The notes under the pieces: model-generated
Told to the model about the DNA's origin: nothing
Seen by the model: the letters and a program-made list of their open reading frames with translations, nothing else
Database searches by the model: none
Translations under genes and position numbers: made by a program
Shown: positions 35,249 to 43,267 of the stretch, one piece after another
Layout of the letters: each line of letters begins with the position of its first letter
Numbering within the stretch: the stretch's first letter is position 1
Origin: Eubacteriales bacterium
GTDB lineage: Bacteria; Bacillota; Clostridia; Oscillospirales; CAG-272
Reading direction: 5' to 3'
Length of the DNA: 47,323 nt
NCBI GenBank assembly: GCA_045612465.1
Contig: JAZKZC010000092.1
Span: forward strand, 1-47,323

Positions 35249-35530
35249 ATGGACAGAGTTATACTCAGAAGACTTGAGCTTCTCAATCAGCTCAGTCTTA
35301 CGGAAACACAGAAAGATGAAGTTATAGCATTTTTTGCAGACAGAGAAAATGATGCAAAAAACCTTGAAAATATAGATACTGAAAACACAGAACGTATGGT
35401 ACACGTAATGCCCATTATGACGGTAGTGCGTGAGGATATTCCCTCACAGCCCTTTTCTCGCGATGATTTACAGAAGGGCGCACCCGAAACTGACGAGGGA
35501 TACTGGTGCGTTCCCCGTGTCGTAGAATAA
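35249..35530 (+). CDS. gatC: Asp/Glu-tRNA amidotransferase subunit C
   Basis: 93 aa, located between aspS and gatA. It shows the typical GatC pattern (...LSLTETQKDEV...IDTENTERMVHV...REDIP). Confidence 0.85.
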   Translation: MDRVILRRLELLNQLSLTETQKDEVIAFFADRENDAKNLENIDTENTERMVHVMPIMTVVREDIPSQPFSRDDLQKGAPETDEGYWCVPRVVE

Positions 35531-35548
35531 GTAAGGAGGGGACGGAAA

Positions 35549-36724
35549 ATGATATACACAGCAAAAAAAGATGTTAATTCTGAACTTAAAATAGTAGCAG
35601 AAGATATGCTCCTTACAACTGATATGCCCACAGCCGCAGGCTCAAAAATGCTTGACGGTTATATGAGTCTTCTTGAAGCAGAAGCGCTTACACGCCTTAA
35701 AAATAAAGGATATGGCATATGCGGAAAAGCTGATGTCGGTGAATTTGCCATTGATTTGCTTGGTGAAACATCGTACAACGGCGCAAATACAAAAGACGGA
35801 AAGCTTTTGAATTCATCTGCTGAAATTTTGAAGGCAAATGAAGCCGATGCCGCTGTTGCGCTTGATGTAAACGGCGCACCCCGCCGTGCGGCAGCGCAAA
35901 ACGGTCTTGTGAGTGTCAAACCCACATACGGTACTGTTTCCCGTTACGGTACTGTTCCCGTTGCTTGCTCGGGTGAAACTGTAAGCGTTATGGCAAAAGA
36001 TGCTGAGATGTGCCGCAAGGTGCTTGATGATATTGCAGGTCACGATGACAAGGACGGCACAAGCCTTCCCGAAAGTGAAATTGCAAAAAAGGCTGATGCA
36101 AAGCCTGTTAAACGTATAGCAATCATAAACGATATGACAGCGGACGTTTCCGCTGACGTAAAGGCGAATATTGACTCTGTTTGCGCAAAGCTTGAAGCTC
36201 TCGGAGTTGAAGTTGTAAAAATTGACAGCTCAATCATCGCCGCATCGCGTCCCGCTTGGAATATTCTTATGAGCGCGGAGCTTTGCAATAACGTATCAAG
36301 ATATGACGGTGTTAAGTACGGATACAGAGCAGAGAAGTTCTCGGGCATTGACGAGCTTTATACAAACAGCCGTACAGAAGCATTCGGCGAGCTTCTCAAA
36401 ACAGCCATAATCTTCGGCTCGGAAACACTTTCGACCGAAAATTATATGAAGGTGTATGACAAAGCGCTTCGTACACGTCGTGTAATCGTTGAAGAATTTG
36501 CAAAGATATTTGCAGAATTTGACGCTGTGATGATTCCTGCTTCCTCAAAGGCTTTCTATACGGAAGAAGATGTAAAGGCAGACAAATACATTTCTTACAA
36601 AGAAAATTTCTATACAGCACCCGCATCAATTACGGGACTTCCCGCAGTTGTCGCAGGCGGTGTACAGCTTATAGGCAAGGCTTTTTCCGAAAATGCTCTG
36701 CTTGAGCTTGCATCAAAGATTTAA
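35549..36724 (+). CDS. gatA: GatA-like amidotransferase subunit with a degenerate amidase signature
   Basis: 391 aa. The C-terminal two thirds align well to GatA (KPTYGTVSRYG, SRYDGVKYGY, SRTEAFG, ITGLPAV). The canonical KDN, GGSSGGS and GSDTGGSIR motifs instead read AEDM, LLNSSAE and ALDVNGAPR. Confidence 0.8.
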   Translation: MIYTAKKDVNSELKIVAEDMLLTTDMPTAAGSKMLDGYMSLLEAEALTRLKNKGYGICGKADVGEFAIDLLGETSYNGANTKDGKLLNSSAEILKANEADAAVALDVNGAPRRAAAQNGLVSVKPTYGTVSRYGTVPVACSGETVSVMAKDAEMCRKVLDDIAGHDDKDGTSLPESEIAKKADAKPVKRIAIINDMTADVSADVKANIDSVCAKLEALGVEVVKIDSSIIAASRPAWNILMSAELCNNVSRYDGVKYGYRAEKFSGIDELYTNSRTEAFGELLKTAIIFGSETLSTENYMKVYDKALRTRRVIVEEFAKIFAEFDAVMIPASSKAFYTEEDVKADKYISYKENFYTAPASITGLPAVVAGGVQLIGKAFSENALLELASKI

Positions 36725-36741
36725 AAGGAGGTATAACGGCT

Positions 36742-38184
36742 ATGAATTACGAAACAGTCATAGGACTTGAAGTACACGTTGAGCTTGCAACACAGTCCAA
36801 AATTTTCTGCTCCTGTTCGGCGCATTCTTACGGCGCTGAGCCTAATGCGCACGTATGCCCCGCTTGCTGCGGTATGCCGGGTATGCTTCCCGTTGTAAAT
36901 AAGAGAGTTGTTGATTACGGTATGAAGGCGGGCCTTATGCTCGGATGTGACATCAACCGTGTTACGACTTTTGACAAAAAAAGCTACTATTATCCTGACC
37001 TTCCTGCCGCTTATCAGACAACACAGTGGTTTGCGCCCGTTGCGGTAAACGGTCTTGTTGAAATTGAAACTTCAAAGGGTAAAAAGGGAATCCGTATCAA
37101 GCAGATACACATGGAAGAGGATGCAGGTAAGCTTGTACACGATATAAGAGAAGATACAACACACGTTGACTTCAACCGTACAAGTGTTCCGCTTATCGAG
37201 ATCGTAAGCCAGCCTGACCTTTCATCGGCTGAAGAAGTCGTTGCATACCTTGACAGACTTAAAAATCTGCTCCGCTATGCACGTGTTGCCGAATGTGAAA
37301 TGGCGCACGGTACGATGCGTTGCGATGTAAACCTTTCTGTCCGTCCCGAGGGAAGCGACAAGCTCGGCGTACGTACGGAAATGAAAAATATGAACTCTAT
37401 TGAGGCTATCAAGAGAGCTATCGAATACGAAACGGCAAGACATATCGATGCGATAGAAAATAATACAGAGGTGCTTGTTCAGGAAACAAGACGCTGGGAT
37501 GACATCAAGGGCAAGAGCTTTGCAATGAGAACAAAGGAAACAGCGGGTGACTACCGTTATTTCCCCGATCCCAACGTAATGCCCGTTGTAATCGACGAGG
37601 CTTGGTTCGATGAAATCAAGTCATCGCTTCCCGAATTCCCCGAAGTAAAGCGTGCACGCTATACGGAAGAATTCGGACTTGGTGAATACGATACAGAGCA
37701 GATAACAAAGAGTATTGCGCTTTGCGAATGCTTCGAAGAAGCCGCAAAGACGTGCGGTGATGCTAAAAATGCCGCAAACTGGATCATTTCAGAGGTTATG
37801 AGCATACTCAACCTCCGTCAGATGACATACGATATGCTGACGGTAAGCGGAAAATCACTTGGTGAGCTTATTACGCTTGTATCGGGCGGTAAGGTCGGCC
37901 GTGCGAATGCGAAGAAGATACTTGCAGCTATGTTTGACGATGCAAGCATCAACCCCGAAGAATATGCAAACGCAAACGGATTTATAATTTCAAACGATAC
38001 AGGTCTTATTGACAAGGTCGTTAAAGAGGTTGTTGAATCTGATCCCAAATCTGTTGCAGACTATAAGGGCGGTAAGGAAAAAGCGCTTATGGCTCTGTTC
38101 GGCAGATGTATGAAAGAGCTTAAAGGTAACTGCGACCCGCAGACACTTCGCAAAATACTCATCGATTATATCGATAAAATGTAA
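36742..38184 (+). CDS. gatB: Asp/Glu-tRNA amidotransferase subunit B
   Basis: 480 aa with the N-terminal IGLEVHVEL motif, PDLPAAYQTTQ, and a YqeY-like C-terminal domain. Confidence 0.95.
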   Translation: MNYETVIGLEVHVELATQSKIFCSCSAHSYGAEPNAHVCPACCGMPGMLPVVNKRVVDYGMKAGLMLGCDINRVTTFDKKSYYYPDLPAAYQTTQWFAPVAVNGLVEIETSKGKKGIRIKQIHMEEDAGKLVHDIREDTTHVDFNRTSVPLIEIVSQPDLSSAEEVVAYLDRLKNLLRYARVAECEMAHGTMRCDVNLSVRPEGSDKLGVRTEMKNMNSIEAIKRAIEYETARHIDAIENNTEVLVQETRRWDDIKGKSFAMRTKETAGDYRYFPDPNVMPVVIDEAWFDEIKSSLPEFPEVKRARYTEEFGLGEYDTEQITKSIALCECFEEAAKTCGDAKNAANWIISEVMSILNLRQMTYDMLTVSGKSLGELITLVSGGKVGRANAKKILAAMFDDASINPEEYANANGFIISNDTGLIDKVVKEVVESDPKSVADYKGGKEKALMALFGRCMKELKGNCDPQTLRKILIDYIDKM

Positions 38185-38195
38185 ATTTAAAAGGT

Positions 38196-38246
38196 GTCGG
38201 CTTGGATTTAAACATTGGTCTAAATCCGAGCCGACTTATATATTTT
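38196..38246 (+). terminator. Rho-independent terminator of the aspS-gatCAB operon
   Basis: A 15-bp stem, GTCGGCTTGGATTTA / TAAATCCGAGCCGAC, followed by a T-rich tail. Confidence 0.75.
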
Positions 38247-38412
38247 AAGTGGTGTCTTAAATTTTCTGCTCTGCCTTTGGATTTCCTTGTAATAAACGTT
38301 CGTATAATATTTACCAAAAATTTAACATTAATATATATACATGTATATATATTAAGATAAAATGAAAATTAGTATACTTACTAATATGTAACATAAGAAA
38401 GGACAAAATGAA

Positions 38413-41136
38413 ATGCGCAGAGCTATTAAATGTTCAATAAGTCTTGTGTTGGTATTAACCATAATATTTTGTATGATTCCTGCCAATACATTAGCGCTTG
38501 ATTTCGAAAGCCGTGAATCTGTGAAGATGAAAGCATCGTACGATGTTACATTGCACGCAGGCACGTTTGATGAGCTGGTTTCGGCAATAAACACAGCAAA
38601 CGAAAATGCAAGTGCACTCATCAATCTTACAGGTGACATAGCTGTAACAGCGACTTTTCCTGAAATAACGGGCAATATCACAATTAACGGCGCAAATTAC
38701 ACGCTTTTGCGCGCTGATACGTTTACGGGTAAATTCTTCGCGGTTAATGCAGGGAAGCTTACCCTTGGCGGCGGACTCGTTATCGATGGTAACAATTCGT
38801 GGCAAATGAATGAATCGCTTTATGCCGAGGAGTTGGCAAAGCATATGAAAAACAGTGCATCAACCGAGGATGCTTGGAATTTTGCAGTGCTTGAAACTGA
38901 TGCCCCTGTAGCTACAGCAAGAATGTTTACGGTAACAAATGGCGACGTTGTTGTGAATGACGTTACCATTAAAAACCATGTGGGCGGTACTAATGGCAAT
39001 TTCGGATACGGACTTTTTGAAATAAGTACCGCATCAAGCCTTGAAATAAATGACGGCGCACATTTTTATCATAACGCAACAAAAGGCGGCGTTACAATTT
39101 GTTACATAGTTGCTACAGATGCTACGGTTGTAATGAACGGCGGTGTGATCGAGGATAACTTCTTTGCAAACAAGGGCGGCATATTCTACGTTGCGCATGG
39201 ATATCTCGAGATGAACGGCGGTACAATATACAATAACCGCGGTATAGGCTCAGACGGTACGGCGGTTATGATTAGAGGTAGTAGCTATCCGAAATTTGTA
39301 ATGAACGGCGGTACTATTTGCAGTAACGTTTCATTGCAGGCGGGCCAGGGCGATGACTGTAATGCAGTCAATCTCAGCGGATCGAATTGTAACGGTATAC
39401 TTGAAATACACGGCGGTAAGATCTGCCACAATACGGGACGCCGCGGTGGCGGTGTTACTGTGCGTAATACAAGTGATGGCAAGTGCACGATAACAGGCGG
39501 CGAGATAGTCGATAATATTGCGGTGTCGCTTCCTCCGATAAAGCCGAGTACTGCCATCGATGCCGAAGATATGAAAGACTTCATTATTGGTGAAGTTAAT
39601 ATGGACAACATTTCAATCGTAGGCGGTGTATTTTCACAGAATCTTTACCAAGAACCGGATTTGTTCAAGGAAACTATGCGCGATACAATTACCGATAGTG
39701 AAACGTACGGTCAACAATATGGTTTTGAGGTTATTTTCAGAGTTGTAGACGGTGAAAAAAAGCCTTATTTCCGCGTTGTTCCCGCGGTAGCGAAGAATGA
39801 ACGCACGGGTGAAACGTTCGGTTATTTACAAGATGCTGTCGACGGCTCCGAGACCGGTGATGTGATAACACTTCTCTGTAATCAGGAAATAGTATATAAC
39901 CCTTTGTTTGTAACTGAAAATCTCACGTTTGATATGAATGGATATACGATATACGGAAGTAAGTATGTCGGATACTATCGAGTTAGCAGCAGCTCATATG
40001 CAACGCTAACTTATGCTATAGATCCTATGATTATTGCTATGGCTGATGATATTACTTTTAAAAACGGAACTATCGATGCAGTCACAATTAATCATACGGG
40101 CGGTACGATGTTTTTTATGGGGGAACCGAATGAGGGGGTACCCGGTAACCTTACCATAGAAAGCGGTACTTACATTGCTGAAAGCAATATTGCGTTGGGA
40201 TTTTACGGCAACTTGGAAATTGAAGGCGGCTACTTTGATATTAAAAACGTCAAGAGTGGTGTATACGGTCTTGACTGTAATGATAGTTTATATAACAGTG
40301 GTGAAACTTCCATATCTGTTTCCGGTGGTACGTTCAAAAACTTCGATCCCGAAGAAAACGGTGCAGAGGGCGAGAATACAGACTTCTGTGCTTATACGTA
40401 TGTAACAACACAGCTTTCATCCGATACGTGGCAGGTAGTTACTTCTGTTTGCTGGAACATGCAGACAACTAAGCATTACGAAACTGTTGCAGAGGGCTTG
40501 TCAAAGGCAAAAGCGGGCGAAACGATTCAGCTTCTTGTATCAACAAAGGAGGAGGACTTGCAGCTTCTTCCCGACACGAAGCTTGATATAAACGGCCTTA
40601 CGCTTATTGCCGATAACGTTATCGGTGTCAGCACAACACACGTTTATGACAGCACGAACAACGCGGCAAACGGATATAAGGCAAACGGTGTGCTTCGCGT
40701 GCTTGAAAATCTTCTTCTCGCAGATGACAACTGCGCAATACCCGTATATTCACCCGTTGACGGCGGTTATATATTCGTGGATATACTTTTCAACCAGGGA
40801 CAGGATCAGTTTGGTGATATATCAAGAGTAAATGCGCTCGTTACTTCAAGAACAACAAAGATAATAACGCTGTTTAAAGACGGTGCATCAGACAACGATA
40901 TACAGATAGGTGTACGCTTGACGGTTAACGGAACAGACAGCGCGACGTTCGTTTTCACGGACGTTACGATAGAAAACGTAATGAATTCCAACGGCGGAAA
41001 GTTCAATTTGTTTGACCGCATGTTCTATGCAAACTTCACAGGCTTTGAGGATTTTGACAGCATTGTCGCAGAAGTTCTCGTAATTGCGCACGGTAATGTC
41101 ATCGATACGCACAAAGAAGCGATAGTTTTGAAATAA
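38413..41136 (+). CDS. Secreted right-handed beta-helix repeat protein (no cell-wall anchor)
   Basis: 907 aa with the signal peptide MRRAIKCSISLVLVLTIIFCMIPANTLA. It has repeated MNGGxIxxN / GGxxY units (MNGGVIEDN, MNGGTIYNN, MNGGTICSN, IHGGKICHN, ITGGEIVDN). There is no LPXTG motif. Confidence 0.8.
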   Translation: MRRAIKCSISLVLVLTIIFCMIPANTLALDFESRESVKMKASYDVTLHAGTFDELVSAINTANENASALINLTGDIAVTATFPEITGNITINGANYTLLRADTFTGKFFAVNAGKLTLGGGLVIDGNNSWQMNESLYAEELAKHMKNSASTEDAWNFAVLETDAPVATARMFTVTNGDVVVNDVTIKNHVGGTNGNFGYGLFEISTASSLEINDGAHFYHNATKGGVTICYIVATDATVVMNGGVIEDNFFANKGGIFYVAHGYLEMNGGTIYNNRGIGSDGTAVMIRGSSYPKFVMNGGTICSNVSLQAGQGDDCNAVNLSGSNCNGILEIHGGKICHNTGRRGGGVTVRNTSDGKCTITGGEIVDNIAVSLPPIKPSTAIDAEDMKDFIIGEVNMDNISIVGGVFSQNLYQEPDLFKETMRDTITDSETYGQQYGFEVIFRVVDGEKKPYFRVVPAVAKNERTGETFGYLQDAVDGSETGDVITLLCNQEIVYNPLFVTENLTFDMNGYTIYGSKYVGYYRVSSSSYATLTYAIDPMIIAMADDITFKNGTIDAVTINHTGGTMFFMGEPNEGVPGNLTIESGTYIAESNIALGFYGNLEIEGGYFDIKNVKSGVYGLDCNDSLYNSGETSISVSGGTFKNFDPEENGAEGENTDFCAYTYVTTQLSSDTWQVVTSVCWNMQTTKHYETVAEGLSKAKAGETIQLLVSTKEEDLQLLPDTKLDINGLTLIADNVIGVSTTHVYDSTNNAANGYKANGVLRVLENLLLADDNCAIPVYSPVDGGYIFVDILFNQGQDQFGDISRVNALVTSRTTKIITLFKDGASDNDIQIGVRLTVNGTDSATFVFTDVTIENVMNSNGGKFNLFDRMFYANFTGFEDFDSIVAEVLVIAHGNVIDTHKEAIVLK

Positions 41137-41151
41137 AACGGGGGAAATAAA

Positions 41152-41295
41152 ATGAAAGAATATGTAAAACCTGAAGCGGAGCTTGTCGTCTTTGAATCGG
41201 AGGACGTTACAGCCATCGCCGATCTTTACAAAATAAATTTTGACGGCGGAGATATAAGCAATATTCTCAACCTCGGCGAGGAATGGTTCGTATAA
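41152..41295 (+). CDS. Small 47-aa ORF (MKEYVKPEAELVVFESEDVTAIADLYKINFDGGDISNILNLGEEWFV)
   Basis: Below the track cut-off. The ATG lies 5 nt after GGGGGAA and 15 nt after the stop of the 907-aa gene. A hairpin plus T-run follows at 41319-41359. Confidence 0.45.
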   Translation: MKEYVKPEAELVVFESEDVTAIADLYKINFDGGDISNILNLGEEWFV

Positions 41296-41318
41296 CGAAC
41301 CGTTAAAGTAATAATTCA

Positions 41319-41359
41319 CGCAGGCACTGTCTTTTCGGACGGCGCCTGCGTTTTGTTTT
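41319..41359 (+). terminator. Rho-independent terminator
   Basis: Stem CGCAGGC...GCCTGCG followed by TTTTGTTTT. Confidence 0.65.
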
Positions 41360-41377
41360 AATAAAAGTTGTGCGCAA

Positions 41378-41414
41378 GAAAAATAACACCCCGAAAACAT
41401 CGGTTTTCGGGGTG
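41378..41414 (-). terminator. Rho-independent terminator of the GNAT gene
   Basis: Stem CACCCCGAAAAC / GTTTTCGGGGTG, followed by a T-run on the minus strand. Confidence 0.7.
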
Positions 41415-41437
41415 AATATACTTTTGTGCAGATATTA

Positions 41438-42433
41438 TTATCTTATTTCTTTTCTCATATCAGCCCAGGAACGTACTACCTTGAAGCCTGCAGATTCGTA
41501 AATGTTTCTTGCGGGGTTTGTTTCGCCTGTGAAAAGCGTCATAAACTCAGCGCCCATATCGTGAAGTCCTGCACAGAGAGATGAGAACAATGCACTGCCA
41601 AGACCGTATGTACGGTATTCCGTGTGTACGCCGATACCTGCAAAGTAACCGCGTCCGCTTTCCTGAACTGTAAGAGGACCTGTGAAGCCGATTACCTTTG
41701 CGCGGCCATCGCCTGCAGATGCATCTTCAGCAACCAAAAGGGGCAGGGGATTTTCTTTTGCTTCGTTGCCCATAATTGCCGCTTTCCAACCGGGATTCTT
41801 GAGGTTGTCAAAAAGTTCCTCGAGGTCGTAGTGGCGGTTCTTGTCGTAATACGTGATGGAAAGACCGTGTTCCTTTGCCTTTTCCATTTTAGCCTTGATC
41901 TTTTCGGAGAATTCAAATCCTTCAAGACATCTGTAATATGAATTCTGGTATGCAAAATCACGGTAGCCGATATTCTTCATAAATATGTAACCGCCCTGAA
42001 GCATATCAACACCGGGGATTCCGGGGTGGTCATGTCCGTCTGTGCCGGGAACGATCCATGAAAGACCTACGGGATTGTAGAATACAGCTTCGTACTTTGT
42101 AAGCGTAACGTCAGCAACCTCTTTAAGAAGCTTTTCAACTTCTGCTGCAAGTGTCTTACCGATCTTCTGACGGCGGCAGTCCTTGTCAACGAGAACGTAC
42201 GTCATATAACCGACTTCCATTCCCGCTTTGTGCGTACCTGCGGCAAATCCGATAACTTTGTCACCGTCAACTGCGGCAACAGCAACCTTTTTTACACCCG
42301 TGTATTCTTCAAAGAAAAGACTCTGAAATTTTTCGGGTGAAAATTTTTTGATAACTATTTCGTTTTGAGCATATTCGTTCCAAAAAGCGGAAAGAACACT
42401 GACATCAAGTGTTTTTGCGTCAACTATTTTCAT
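41438..42433 (-). CDS. Tandem-GNAT N-acetyltransferase
   Basis: 331 aa with two acetyl-CoA motif A-like segments (RRQKIGKTLA and YRTYGLGSAL). Confidence 0.75.
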   Translation of the reverse strand: MKIVDAKTLDVSVLSAFWNEYAQNEIVIKKFSPEKFQSLFFEEYTGVKKVAVAAVDGDKVIGFAAGTHKAGMEVGYMTYVLVDKDCRRQKIGKTLAAEVEKLLKEVADVTLTKYEAVFYNPVGLSWIVPGTDGHDHPGIPGVDMLQGGYIFMKNIGYRDFAYQNSYYRCLEGFEFSEKIKAKMEKAKEHGLSITYYDKNRHYDLEELFDNLKNPGWKAAIMGNEAKENPLPLLVAEDASAGDGRAKVIGFTGPLTVQESGRGYFAGIGVHTEYRTYGLGSALFSSLCAGLHDMGAEFMTLFTGETNPARNIYESAGFKVVRSWADMRKEIR

Positions 42434-42604
42434 AACAAACCTCGCTAATATTTAATAAGTTCATTATAATATAAGCCTTACAGTTTGTCAATATTTATCC
42501 GTTTTAAAAGGAGAAAAAATAAATTTTGCAAACAATTTTATATAAATCGCTTGACAATTTTAATAAACTATGCTACTATAATTGTGCAGAAACGGAGTGA
42601 TAAA

Positions 42605-43255
42605 ATGCAAAAAAGCTTATACAGTCTGATACTTTCAGACTCTGTAATATCAAAAATAGATATGCTTGCGTTGAAGCAGGGAACAAACAGGTCGAATATG
42701 ATAAATATGATCCTTGCCGATTACGTTTCTTTGACAACCCCCGAAATGCACATTGAAAATGTTTTCAGGCAAATGGAAAAAATGCTTTCGGTATACGATA
42801 ATATCGTTCCGATAATGATACCGAACAGGGCAACGATGTCCGTTAAAAGCACACTTGAATACAAGTACAGGCCGACTGTAAAATACGATATACATTTGTA
42901 CCGAAACATTGAAAAAGGTGCATTCGGTGAGCTGTCGGTTTCATTCCGCACACAGTCGGGCGCGCTTTTGTCGCTGACGGAGGAGTTTTTTAAGTTCTGG
43001 TGCAGACTTGAAAGTGCGTACGTGCAAAGGTATTTTAAAAATGACATAGGGTATTACTATACTGACGGAAGATTTGTTCGCACTCTTATGCACACCGAAG
43101 CGGAAACGACACCCGAGGCGATTGCTGAGGCGATATCCGCGTATGTCCGCACACTTGATGATATTATGAAAGGCACGGTGTCGGGCAGATATTCACTTGA
43201 AGATTCCGAAGAAATATACGTTTCATACCTTAAAAACGCGAAACTGATGATATAG
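42605..43255 (+). CDS. Hypothetical protein with a possible ribbon-helix-helix N-terminus
   Basis: The ATG at 42605 follows a TTGACA-17-TATAAT promoter at about 42551-42579. The track ORF from 42485 is over-extended. The N-terminus LILSDSVISKIDMLALKQGTNRSNMINMILADYV is RHH-like. It lies 12 nt upstream of clpB. Confidence 0.5.
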   Translation: MQKSLYSLILSDSVISKIDMLALKQGTNRSNMINMILADYVSLTTPEMHIENVFRQMEKMLSVYDNIVPIMIPNRATMSVKSTLEYKYRPTVKYDIHLYRNIEKGAFGELSVSFRTQSGALLSLTEEFFKFWCRLESAYVQRYFKNDIGYYYTDGRFVRTLMHTEAETTPEAIAEAISAYVRTLDDIMKGTVSGRYSLEDSEEIYVSYLKNAKLMI

Positions 43256-43267
43256 GAGGAAAATATA

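Noticed and set aside
34828-35286. 152-aa minus-strand ORF, plus the similar antisense ORFs within aspS, gatA, gatB and clpB
   Set aside because: They are antisense to highly conserved housekeeping genes and have no independent signals.
40888-41400. 170-aa minus-strand ORF
   Set aside because: It is antisense to the 3' end of the 907-aa gene and to the 47-aa ORF. It also spans a terminator hairpin, which is implausible for coding sequence.
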